Shown here one piece after another: positions 23,698-33,005 of a stretch of DNA of 56,558 bases; within the stretch, counting starts at the first letter, position 1, and each line of letters starts with the position of its first letter. The notes under the pieces are model-generated. The model was not told the DNA's origin and did not search any database. It saw nothing but the letters and a program-made list of their open reading frames with translations. The position numbers and the translations under genes are program-made. Origin of the DNA: a virus; IMG/VR virus record IMGVR_UViG_3300045988_053446, positions 1 to 56,558 of that record; one strand, written 5' to 3'.

Positions 23698-26600
23698 GTG
23701 GAATTAGACAGTTTAGAAGTCAAAATTACCGGTACTGCCACTAAAGCAATTAATTCTGTTGATAAACTGATAAATCAGCTTACAAGGCTGTCAACATCAC
23801 TTGCAACTGTGAATGGCTCATCACTAAGCAACCTTGCAAACGGCGTTAGTCAGTTAGGTTCTGCTATGCAGAATATGAATGTAAAAACAACTGATTTTAC
23901 CCGACTTGCTAAGAACATCACAAAGATAGGCTCTGTTGATTCAGCCGCACTTGCTAACACAGCTACATCACTTCAAGCTGTCACAAAGGCAGTTGCAAGC
24001 ATATCAGCTATTCCACAAAATGCAACACAGGTCACAGAATTTGCAAAGTCGCTTGGTAAGCTAGGCAGTAAGAGTATAGAAAGCGCCGTTGTAAACATTC
24101 CAAAGCTAGGCAATGCTTTAAATGGCTTAATGACAACGCTATCAAGAGCACCAACAGTAAGTCAAAATGTCATTCAAATGACTAACGCATTAGCTAATCT
24201 TGCTAGTCAAGGTAGCAAGGTGGGTACTTCTTCAAACTCACTTCAAAAGTCGCTGTATGGTGTTTCTACAAGTGCTAGGACAGCAACTAAAAGCAGTTGG
24301 AACTTGGCAAGTGCAATAGGTAAGTTTTATGCCACTTATTTTATGGTAATTCGTGGCAGTAAGAAACTTATAGAAGCTATAAAATCAACAACAGATTACA
24401 TTGAAGCGTTTAACTATCAAGCAGTTGCATTTGGTAAAATCGGTTCAGAATGGGATAAGGATTACGAAAAGTACGGATATGATAACGCAACAGCATACGC
24501 AGAAAGCTTTCAGAACAGAGTTAATGATACTCTTGGAAAGCTATCTGGACTTAAGGTTAATGTTCAAGGTGGCTTGCTTGAAGAAAGTGGAGCAAAGAAC
24601 TTAGGACTTAACATACAAGAGATAACGCAATACGCTTCACAGCTAGCTTCTGTTACTAACTCATTAGGACAGACAGGCGAAGCAACAACGGCTATAACAA
24701 AGTCAATGACAATGCTTGCAGGCGATATAAGCTCGCTTTTTAATGTGGACTATTCAACAGTAGCACAGAACTTACAAAGCGGCTTAATTGGTCAATCAAG
24801 GGCATTATACAAGTATGGTATTGATATTACTAATGCTACATTAGCAACATACGCTTATAATTTAGGCATTTCCAAGTCTGTATCAGAAATGACACAGATG
24901 GAAAAACAGCAGTTAAGAGTATTGGCTATACTAGACCAATCAAAAGTATCTTGGGGTGATTTAGCCAATACGATTAACAGTCCAAGTAATATGTTACGCC
25001 AGTTCAGCAACAATATGAAAGAAGTCGGAATGGTAGCAGGACAGCTGTTTATCCCAATTCTTTCAAAGGTTATGCCAGTTGTAAACGGCGTTACTATTGC
25101 AATTAAGCGACTTCTAGTAAACCTTGCAAGCCTTATGGGTGTTAAGATTGACTTTGAGAGCTTCGGACAAAGCGGCTATAAAGACACATCTGACGGCTTA
25201 GAAGATATTTCAGATGGCTACCAAGATGTAGCTGATTCAGCTAAGAAAGCTACGCTATCCCTTATGGGATTTGATGAAATAAATAAATTGCAGGACGATA
25301 CAAGCTCGAGCAAGGGTTCAAGTGGCGGCGGTAGTAGCAGTATTGACTTAACAGATGATATTACTAAGGCAGCGGCTGATTATGAAGCGGCTTGGAATAA
25401 AGCATTTGCCAATATGGAAAATTCGGCTATTGCGTGGGCTGATAGGATTGATAAAGCACTTGAACCTGTTAAACAGATTTTTAAAGATTTTGCGGTTGGT
25501 GATTTCTTTAAGGCAGGGCAAGATACATCTAACCTTGTGGCAGGAATTTTCGATTGGTTTGCAAAGGCTATAGATGATGTTCCTTGGTTTAAAATCGGTC
25601 AGAAAATGGGAGACTTCCTTGCAGGAATTAATTGGACTAAGGTGTTTAAATCGGCGGCTAAAGTGCTTGTGCAAGGCTTAAAAGCGGCTATTGAATTATA
25701 CCTAGGTATGCTATCTAAAGCACCTATAGAAACACTTCTTATATCGCTTGTAGCAGTTCCTAAAGTGCTTAAGGCGATAGGCGGTTCAGCAGTTGTAGCT
25801 AGTATAGTAAAAACGTACAAGACACTTGATAAATTTGCAACAACAGTAGCGGCGGCAACAGGCGCACTTAATGGAAATAAGGCGGCGGCTTCGGCACTAA
25901 CATTTATGTACCCAAAGACAGCCAAAACTGTAACTGATGTTAATAAAACCTTTAATACCCTTAAAACATCTTTAAATGACAATGGCTTTTTTGCTACATT
26001 TAATGAGGGAATTGAAACTATTAGAGGTAAAATGTCAGTATTGCAGAAAGGTGCAGTAGGTGTTATAGGTGTATTTGCAGAGTTTTCACTTGTTAAGAGC
26101 GGCTTTTATGAACTGGCGGTAGGGAGCGACAACCTTGTAGCTTCTATTGCTAAAATAGCAGGCGGCGTAGGTGTGGCAACAGCGGCATTAAAACTTATAG
26201 GCTTATCAAACCCATTTACAGCATTAATAGTAGGTGCTATGGGCTTAATATCGTCAATAGTGGGTATCTCACAAGCTGTAAAAGAAGCAGAATTTAATAG
26301 CATGTTTACAGCATTGCAAAATACTGGAACTGTTACAATGAAAGAATTAGGCGATGTAGCCAAAGACTCTTTTGGGAAAATAACAGATGGTATAACTGAA
26401 ACCACAGACAAACTTAAAAATATATCAGAAGCAAAAGAAAATCTTGAAGAAACAACAGATAATGTAAATCTTTTAAAAACAGCGGTTGAAGATGGAGCAT
26501 ACACAACTAATGAAAAAATGCCGGAAATTATAGAACAATTCCAAAACTTATTAAGTGAATCTAAAAATGTATTCAATGATGAATATGATGTTATCGTTGG

Positions 26601-28290
26601 TAATGTTGTAGGTGCTTGGAAAGATATTCTTGAAGCGCAAGGCGTTGCAATTCCAGAGTATGTGGCACAATTAGCAAGTTTACGCGACAAAGGAAATGAA
26701 TCGTTTACAAGTATGAGTTCAGATTTAGAAACACTTATACAGCAGTTTAATGATGGGAAAATATCAGAAGAAGAGTTCTTAAATGCGGCTACGCCTTTAA
26801 TAGATAAAATATCTTCTATTAATAGTGACAAGTCGGTTGATAATGCGACACTTGCTATTCAAGGATTTGGCGGCGCATTAGATATATCACAGTATATGAC
26901 AGAATCCGGACTTGATGTTCAAAGATTTAGTGAGGCTGTAAATGAAGTTGTAACAGCGGCACAAAACGGAAAAGATAACCTATCTACATTGGGAACGGAA
27001 TCGTCACAAGCTATAACGGATATGAGAGATAGGCTTACAGCTTTAGGAATAGATGCAAGTCAATTTGATTGGTCAAGTTTATATGGTGCTAGTGATACGC
27101 AAGTACAACAAGGCACAGAGAGAATAGACGCGGCATATATGCAATATGCTAATCAAGTACAGTATAACTTACTCAATCAACTTCCATCAGTAGTTGAAGA
27201 AGCAACAAAAGACTATGAAAACCTAAACCCAATAGCTAAAATATTCACAACAAAAGAAAACTATATTAAAAGTGTTATTGAGAAATGGCGTAAAAGCACA
27301 TTAGACCCAGCACTTGATTCTGTTAAAGATGGCTTTAATCAGTTAGGAATAGACGGAAGCGTGTACGCTGATGAAGCGGCAGACAAGCTCACAACATCGC
27401 TATTTGATAGTATTAGAGTTTATTCCAATGTTGGTGTTAACAACACAAAGCCTAAACTTAAGGAAGATTGGCAAGAAATGCTTGATTCTGCTTTAAATGA
27501 AGCAGGAGAAGCAGTAGACGTAGAGGGCTATGGAAGAAATACAGTAGATGGCTTTGTTAACGGAATTGTTGATAATGTTGATAGAAGCAACAATGCTGTA
27601 AGAGATTGGATGGATGAATTAGATAGAAATATTCACGATAGTGCAATGAATTTTGGTTCACCATCAAGGCGTGCGGAAGAATACGGAAGATGGGTTGTTG
27701 AGGGCTTTAACAATGGTTTATCTGACAATTTAGGTAGCACGTATAGTACGATTGATGATTACGTTAACAATGTTAAATCCGGCTTTGATGGCATATATGA
27801 TTCATTATGGGATATAGGTCATTATGCAGGCAGAGGTTTCTATGATGGCTTAGAAAGTATGGAAAACAGTATTTTCAGCGAAGCTAGATACATCGCAGAT
27901 AACGTATCTGATACAATAAGAGATGCCTTAGACATTCATAGTCCATCAAGAGTTATGAAACAGATAGGTGAATACACGATAGAGGGCTTCAAACAAGGTA
28001 TGGAGCTTAATTACAAACCTGTTGAGGTTTCTTTAGGCGACTTTACTAGCGATATTATTCAAAGCACAAAAGCAAGTAAATTTAATGCAAATACTAGTAT
28101 ACCTACAATGCCACAGATTAATATGGATAATAGCGCCACGACAGAAACTAATATGTTATTAAGGCAACTAATATACGCTGTTGAAAATGGAAGAACAATA
28201 GAAATTGACGGACAAGAGATATTCAGAGTTACACAAAAGCAAGCAAATATGTACACAGCAATGACTGGGTTGCCTGCATATAACATATAA
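23698..28290 (+). CDS. tape measure protein
   Basis: 1530 aa, helical and repetitive, positioned after the chaperones. GTG start with GGGGG RBS. Confidence 0.9.
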   Translation: MELDSLEVKITGTATKAINSVDKLINQLTRLSTSLATVNGSSLSNLANGVSQLGSAMQNMNVKTTDFTRLAKNITKIGSVDSAALANTATSLQAVTKAVASISAIPQNATQVTEFAKSLGKLGSKSIESAVVNIPKLGNALNGLMTTLSRAPTVSQNVIQMTNALANLASQGSKVGTSSNSLQKSLYGVSTSARTATKSSWNLASAIGKFYATYFMVIRGSKKLIEAIKSTTDYIEAFNYQAVAFGKIGSEWDKDYEKYGYDNATAYAESFQNRVNDTLGKLSGLKVNVQGGLLEESGAKNLGLNIQEITQYASQLASVTNSLGQTGEATTAITKSMTMLAGDISSLFNVDYSTVAQNLQSGLIGQSRALYKYGIDITNATLATYAYNLGISKSVSEMTQMEKQQLRVLAILDQSKVSWGDLANTINSPSNMLRQFSNNMKEVGMVAGQLFIPILSKVMPVVNGVTIAIKRLLVNLASLMGVKIDFESFGQSGYKDTSDGLEDISDGYQDVADSAKKATLSLMGFDEINKLQDDTSSSKGSSGGGSSSIDLTDDITKAAADYEAAWNKAFANMENSAIAWADRIDKALEPVKQIFKDFAVGDFFKAGQDTSNLVAGIFDWFAKAIDDVPWFKIGQKMGDFLAGINWTKVFKSAAKVLVQGLKAAIELYLGMLSKAPIETLLISLVAVPKVLKAIGGSAVVASIVKTYKTLDKFATTVAAATGALNGNKAAASALTFMYPKTAKTVTDVNKTFNTLKTSLNDNGFFATFNEGIETIRGKMSVLQKGAVGVIGVFAEFSLVKSGFYELAVGSDNLVASIAKIAGGVGVATAALKLIGLSNPFTALIVGAMGLISSIVGISQAVKEAEFNSMFTALQNTGTVTMKELGDVAKDSFGKITDGITETTDKLKNISEAKENLEETTDNVNLLKTAVEDGAYTTNEKMPEIIEQFQNLLSESKNVFNDEYDVIVGNVVGAWKDILEAQGVAIPEYVAQLASLRDKGNESFTSMSSDLETLIQQFNDGKISEEEFLNAATPLIDKISSINSDKSVDNATLAIQGFGGALDISQYMTESGLDVQRFSEAVNEVVTAAQNGKDNLSTLGTESSQAITDMRDRLTALGIDASQFDWSSLYGASDTQVQQGTERIDAAYMQYANQVQYNLLNQLPSVVEEATKDYENLNPIAKIFTTKENYIKSVIEKWRKSTLDPALDSVKDGFNQLGIDGSVYADEAADKLTTSLFDSIRVYSNVGVNNTKPKLKEDWQEMLDSALNEAGEAVDVEGYGRNTVDGFVNGIVDNVDRSNNAVRDWMDELDRNIHDSAMNFGSPSRRAEEYGRWVVEGFNNGLSDNLGSTYSTIDDYVNNVKSGFDGIYDSLWDIGHYAGRGFYDGLESMENSIFSEARYIADNVSDTIRDALDIHSPSRVMKQIGEYTIEGFKQGMELNYKPVEVSLGDFTSDIIQSTKASKFNANTSIPTMPQINMDNSATTETNMLLRQLIYAVENGRTIEIDGQEIFRVTQKQANMYTAMTGLPAYNI

Positions 28291-28352
28291 TTGAATTTAA
28301 TACAATGTTGTGATACACTCTAACCATTAGGATAGCAAGGGGGTGTATCACA

Positions 28353-28664
28353 ATGAAAAGGAAAGCGATATGCTTAATTATTTGGGTGTTATTATCTGCG
28401 ACTTTTATATGGTATCTACAAGATAGTGGCAGAAGAACAGGCAGTAAAATTCAAGATTATTTGGAGTTTTGCACAGAGAAAAATGAAAAAGGTACAGAAA
28501 CAAGCGCGGAAGTATCAACACGAAACTTTATAAATGAAGAGCTTTATAATATGTCTGAATGGTTTCGGAGAGAAGATTTATCCCTTGGATTCGTTATAGT
28601 GATATACGTTAGTGGAACAATGGTATGTTGCTATTTTGGAAATAAAAAGGAAAGGGAAAAGTAA
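28353..28664 (+). CDS. small membrane protein (N- and C-terminal TM segments)
   Basis: ORF track. AAGGGGG RBS. First gene of the intra-tail island. Confidence 0.55.
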   Translation: MKRKAICLIIWVLLSATFIWYLQDSGRRTGSKIQDYLEFCTEKNEKGTETSAEVSTRNFINEELYNMSEWFRREDLSLGFVIVIYVSGTMVCCYFGNKKEREK

Positions 28665-28665
28665 T

Positions 28666-29388
28666 ATGGAGATAAGCAAAGCAGGAATTAAAGCTCATAC
28701 ACTTATAACGGTGCAAGAACGTAATATACAAAGTGATATTCAAGATTGGAATAACTCAATATTAATTGTTGATAATATATATGAGGCTATTAATAAAATT
28801 GACAGTGACTATGCTAAAATGCTTAGTGGGAAAGAATTTGGGCTAGTGTACCCAACGATTAATAATCAATTTGAAGTATACATTAAGTATGGCAATGATT
28901 TAGTAAATATGATATCAACAACACATCATGAATTAACTCATATTGATGACTTTACTATCATTGGAGAAAAATTCGGGATAAAGAACAAAAGAGAATTGAC
29001 CGAAAATGATTATATAAGGCTTTGGTCTGAATTTCATGCAACGTACATTTCAATGACAGAAATATTGAAGTACAATGAAAAATATGATTACCCAGCGATT
29101 AAAAAAGAAACAACAGACAAGTTAATTAATTATTACAATAGTTGCACAGAAAAAATGGTGAAACAGCAAGACGTTTTCGACACTACTGTTAGAAATTATG
29201 GAAATTTTTTTGCAATATGTGATTATGGAAAAACGAAAGATAATCCACCACCAGAATATATTAGAGGATTTAATTATTTTGCAGTATACGCCTTTTTAAA
29301 TCAGCATAAGGATATTTATAAGTTTATTGATGATTACAATACATGGAAAGTGTTAGTTAATAGAACTTTAAGAATAAAAAGTAAATAG
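28666..29388 (+). CDS. HExxH motif protein (putative metallopeptidase-like)
   Basis: TTHHELTHIDDF in the translation. ATG at 28666, adjacent to the upstream stop. Confidence 0.5.
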   Translation: MEISKAGIKAHTLITVQERNIQSDIQDWNNSILIVDNIYEAINKIDSDYAKMLSGKEFGLVYPTINNQFEVYIKYGNDLVNMISTTHHELTHIDDFTIIGEKFGIKNKRELTENDYIRLWSEFHATYISMTEILKYNEKYDYPAIKKETTDKLINYYNSCTEKMVKQQDVFDTTVRNYGNFFAICDYGKTKDNPPPEYIRGFNYFAVYAFLNQHKDIYKFIDDYNTWKVLVNRTLRIKSK

Positions 29389-29612
29389 CTTACAGGCAGG
29401 ATTTTTTACAGGTGTTGTTAAGAATAAAAGCGAATACGGCAAAGAAAAAATATACATATATTTTTCAAAAGATTTTAATTTAAAAAGCGGAAACTATAAA
29501 GCCGGCGATAAAATAACTGCATATGGCTTGATTGTTAATTGCAAAAACAATGGAGCTGGCAGTTATAACAGTATTAGCTTTATACCACGTTTTATAGAAA
29601 AATAATCCCTTT

Positions 29613-29648
29613 AATGGAGCGTATTGAAAGGTACGTTCCATTTTTTAT
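29613..29648 (+). terminator. intrinsic terminator
   Basis: AATGGAGCGTA-8 nt-TACGTTCCATT followed by TTTTTATT. Confidence 0.7.
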
Positions 29649-29659
29649 TGAAAAAGTGC

Positions 29660-29688
29660 TTGACTTTTTTGTGCGTACGGTTTATATT
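29660..29688 (+). promoter_or_regulatory. sigma-70-type promoter
   Basis: TTGACT-17-TATATT. Confidence 0.6.
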
Positions 29689-29717
29689 AAATGTGCGGAC
29701 AGAAAAGAGGTGAGTAT

Positions 29718-29891
29718 ATGTCCAATAAAAAAGGTAGACCTAAACTCGACAATCCTAAAAATGAAAGAATATATATTCGTGTCACCAAAGAGGAAAAGGA
29801 AGAAATAATGAATTTTTCTGATAAAAGCGGATATACAATACTTGATTTGATTAAAAAAGGCATTGAAAAAGTAAAAGGGCAAAAAAAATAA
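29718..29891 (+). CDS. ribbon-helix-helix (CopG/MobC-like) small DNA-binding protein
   Basis: KKGRPKLDNPKNERIYIRVTKEEKEEI pattern. GAGGTGAG RBS. Confidence 0.55.
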   Translation: MSNKKGRPKLDNPKNERIYIRVTKEEKEEIMNFSDKSGYTILDLIKKGIEKVKGQKK

Positions 29892-30011
29892 AGTGTTGCA
29901 CCGCTACCAACGAACACAACACTTTAAAACCACCAATCCGAAAGGAATTGATAAATACAATTATATCAGTTTCTTTCGGAAAATTCAAGAATATTTTCGG
30001 AGGAAAAACAA

Positions 30012-30215
30012 ATGAGTAATGTAGAAATCGTAACAAATATTGACATAGCGTCAGAAATTGCACACGCAACAGTAACAGAAGTTTTAGCAAATATGGATAA
30101 TGAAAGAATAGGATATGTTCTCATAGGAGTTTTACAGCAATTAGAAACTATTCAGGACAATGTTAATAATTTTGATTTAAAGGGACAGGGCAAGTCTACA
30201 AAGGAAGTGGCATAA
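30012..30215 (+). CDS. hypothetical protein
   Basis: ORF track. CGGAGG RBS. Confidence 0.5.
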   Translation: MSNVEIVTNIDIASEIAHATVTEVLANMDNERIGYVLIGVLQQLETIQDNVNNFDLKGQGKSTKEVA

Positions 30216-30306
30216 TATTATTGCGTGAGGCATTGTGGGCATATACTCCCACTACGCAATAAGTTCTGTTTTGAGCTAATAATGAAATTTTGTAGGAGGT
30301 AAAATA

Positions 30307-31083
30307 ATGAGTTATAATAATCTGACTACAAAAGATAACACTCACAATGAGATTAACGCACCAATGAACACTAAGAATATTTGCGGCGTAGACTGCTATG
30401 AGCAGAATGGCGTTGCTTACTTAAGATTGGAAAATGTTGCTAGAGGACTTGGTTTCACAAGAATTGCCGCAAGTGGCAATGAAGTTGTTAGGTGGGAAAG
30501 AGTAGAACAGTATCTAAGAGATATTGGTTTTTTGCAGGAAGCTGCAAAAACCGGCGTACCCACTTGTGGGCACGACGATTTTATCCCGGAAAACATCTTC
30601 TACCGACTAGCAATGAAAGCCAAAAATGAAACAGCAGAGAAATTTCAAGCATTAGTAGCTGATGAGATTATTCCGTCAATTCGCAAGAATGGAATATATG
30701 CTACTGATAATGTTATTGATGAAATACTGAATAATCCAGACTTTGGAATAGAATTATTAACAAAGTTAAAAAAAGAAAGGCAAGCAAGAGTTGAAGCAGA
30801 AAGAAAGAACGCTATCTTAACACACGTCAATAAAACATATACAATGACGGAGATTGCTAAAGAGTTGAACTTAAATTCTGCTATTCAACTTAACAAGTTG
30901 CTTGCTGATAGAAAAATTCAGTACAATGTCAATGGAACTTGGGTTCTTTACTCACCATACAGCAGTATGGGATATGAGGAAATTAAACAAGAAATTCTTG
31001 ACAGTGGTAAAGTAATCTATCATAGACGAATTACCCAACTTGGAAGAGAATTTATACTGCAATTATTCAATAATGTTGCATAA
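30307..31083 (+). CDS. ant: antirepressor (ANT/KilA-C type)
   Basis: N-terminal ...LENVARGLGF..., central ...IPSIRKNGIY..., KilAC-like C-terminus. Confidence 0.7.
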   Translation: MSYNNLTTKDNTHNEINAPMNTKNICGVDCYEQNGVAYLRLENVARGLGFTRIAASGNEVVRWERVEQYLRDIGFLQEAAKTGVPTCGHDDFIPENIFYRLAMKAKNETAEKFQALVADEIIPSIRKNGIYATDNVIDEILNNPDFGIELLTKLKKERQARVEAERKNAILTHVNKTYTMTEIAKELNLNSAIQLNKLLADRKIQYNVNGTWVLYSPYSSMGYEEIKQEILDSGKVIYHRRITQLGREFILQLFNNVA

Positions 31084-31126
31084 GTTCTCTTGTGGGATAT
31101 AATAGCTCAAACAGAAAGAAAATTCA

Positions 31127-31158
31127 ATAGCTGTAAGAAATTTACAGCTATATTTTAT
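31127..31158 (+). terminator. intrinsic terminator
   Basis: ATAGCTGTAA-5 nt-TTACAGCTAT followed by ATTTTATT. Confidence 0.7.
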
Positions 31159-31309
31159 TAATCGGCTCAATTTTTAGCCGACTGTCTAAAACTGGACACT
31201 TAACAGAGAACTCAATTTTGAGTTTTTAAAATGATGATTAATGGAACGAATTACTGACTGCACGAAATGGTGCAGTCGATTATGTTTGATAAACTAAGGA
31301 GATACAAGA

Positions 31310-31417
31310 ATGGCAAAAGAGGTGTACAAAGAAGAAATAAAGGAACTTATAGATAAATGTGACAACATACATTGGCTGAAAGTTATATATGCTTATGTAG
31401 GGAGATTGTTGAAGTAA
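31310..31417 (+). CDS. micro-ORF (35 aa), paralogue of 38656..38775
   Basis: TAAGGAG RBS. MAKEVYKEEIKELIDKCDNIHWLKVIYAYVGRLLK aligns without gaps to the second copy. Confidence 0.45.
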   Translation: MAKEVYKEEIKELIDKCDNIHWLKVIYAYVGRLLK

Positions 31418-31615
31418 GTTTCAATCAGCACAATTTCGTGCCAATTAACTGAATAGGGGAAGGGAAATATCTTTCCTCTGAAAAGTAGCGCCGAAATCTT
31501 GGCTCTACTAGAATAAAAAAATCAGAACAAGTTGGGTAGACCTGTTCTGATTAGCACGTATGAGTGAATGTAAATTAACTCATACCAATAATAACAAAAT
31601 AACAGCAAAATGACA

Positions 31616-31651
31616 AGGACATTTCACTTAATTGTGAGGTGTCCTTTTTGT
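31616..31651 (+). terminator. intrinsic terminator immediately upstream of the tail-tip genes
   Basis: 12-bp stem AGGACATTTCAC/GTGAGGTGTCCT (two G-U pairs) followed by TTTTGT. Confidence 0.6.
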
Positions 31652-31675
31652 GCGCTTAGAAAGTGAGGTTTTACT

Positions 31676-32110
31676 ATGAATTTTATTCAATACATAAAGC
31701 AAGTGTGGAAAGCTGGCACTAGTGGCGGTACTCCATTTAGCCCAGACAGACTTAATCATATGGAGGACGGAATTAAGAATAATAACAATATGATAAGCGA
31801 GCTAAACAGTAATATCGGTAATGAAGACATTGAGGGTGTTTTCAATTATCTTGGGCTTGAATTTGTTATTTATCGTAAAAACGGAATACGTTATCTGCAT
31901 TCAAGCGGCAGATTGACACAAGCATTTCCTACTCAATGGACAACAATAGGAACTATTGAAAACATTGTATATAAAGGATATGGACATATAATATGCAACA
32001 CAAGTAATATAGCAATTAAATTTATTTATAATAATGGAGTATTAAATGCCTCCGCAACAGGCACTACAAAGGCAACGGAATATGCGCAAGATAGTTGTGT
32101 ACTTGTTTAA
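31676..32110 (+). CDS. tail-fibre-like protein (N-terminal fibre motif only)
   Basis: ...GGTPFSPDRLNHMEDGI... resembles the conserved N-terminus of Firmicutes phage fibre/RBP proteins. Confidence 0.4.
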   Translation: MNFIQYIKQVWKAGTSGGTPFSPDRLNHMEDGIKNNNNMISELNSNIGNEDIEGVFNYLGLEFVIYRKNGIRYLHSSGRLTQAFPTQWTTIGTIENIVYKGYGHIICNTSNIAIKFIYNNGVLNASATGTTKATEYAQDSCVLV

Positions 32111-32274
32111 TATTATACAAGTGAAAATTCAATTTTTTCCTATTGGAATATTAGTTATATGTTTATTGAAGATATTATTGTTTAGCTCGCTTATTATATT
32201 GTTATTATTCTTGATTCCGCCCTCGATATAATTAAGTCTGTCTGGGAGTAAATATATAGAAAAGAGGTAATTGA

Positions 32275-32646
32275 ATGATAAGTGCTGTGATTATTGAGGG
32301 AGTAACATTCCCAGTAGCTTACAACGGCTACACATATAGCAGAAATAAGATATGGTCTAAGAATACAGGAAGAAATGATTATGGTGAAATGGTAGGCACA
32401 ATCGTAGCTATTAAAGACAAAGTAGAGCTTCAATTACCGCCACTCACAGGAGAACAGGCGTTGTTGCTTGATAATGTGATTAGTGATGAAAATAACCCAT
32501 TCCCAACAGCACAAGTCCTATTTTTAGGCGGTCAACAAAAAGAAATGACAATATACACAGGAGATGTGACATATCCGTATCTCACAAGAGCAAAGAATGA
32601 GGACGGATTAATAGTCGGAGCAAAATTAAGTTTAATTCAGAAATAA
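32275..32646 (+). CDS. distal-tail/baseplate component candidate (called by position)
   Basis: ORF track. AGAGG RBS. Confidence 0.3.
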   Translation: MISAVIIEGVTFPVAYNGYTYSRNKIWSKNTGRNDYGEMVGTIVAIKDKVELQLPPLTGEQALLLDNVISDENNPFPTAQVLFLGGQQKEMTIYTGDVTYPYLTRAKNEDGLIVGAKLSLIQK

Positions 32647-32657
32647 GGAGATTAGCT

Positions 32658-32984
32658 ATGAAAATAACAGGAAATGAAGTTTTAGCACATTATGAAGCAT
32701 TAAGAAACGTAGCACAGCTTAAAATGGGTGGCAAGTTAGCAGTTGTCATTATGTCTGACATTAAGGCATTAGAACCACACTTTAAAGCGGTTGTAGAAAC
32801 GATAGAAAAGATACGCAAAGAAAATAAGGAAAATAACGATAAGATAAAATCAGAACTTGAAGAACTAGCAGAACAAGAAATAGAAGTATCTGAATACACA
32901 AAAGTTGACATAAGTGCATTTGATAGCTGTGAAGCTATTGAGCCAGCACAGATTATTGCACTTAGCTTTATGATTAACGATTAA
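32658..32984 (+). CDS. hypothetical tail-module protein
   Basis: ORF track. AAGGAG RBS. Confidence 0.4.
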   Translation: MKITGNEVLAHYEALRNVAQLKMGGKLAVVIMSDIKALEPHFKAVVETIEKIRKENKENNDKIKSELEELAEQEIEVSEYTKVDISAFDSCEAIEPAQIIALSFMIND

Positions 32985-33005
32985 TCAGCAGAAAGGAGCA
33001 ACCTA

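Noticed and set aside
23698-28290. Numerous antisense or out-of-frame track ORFs inside the tape measure and other large genes (for example 25599..25982, 26106..26831, 17139..17708, 42635..43141)
   Set aside because: They lie fully inside strongly supported genes, lack RBSs and have biased low-complexity translations typical of shadow ORFs.
29378-29605. 75-codon open frame after the HExxH gene (...GFFTGVVKNKSEYGKEKIYIYFSKDFNLKSGNYKAGDKITAYGLIVNCKNNGAGSYNSISFIPRFIEK)
   Set aside because: It has no ATG, GTG or TTG start until near its end. It is probably the C-terminal remnant of a lost gene. A +1 fusion to the HExxH ORF is conceivable but unsupported.
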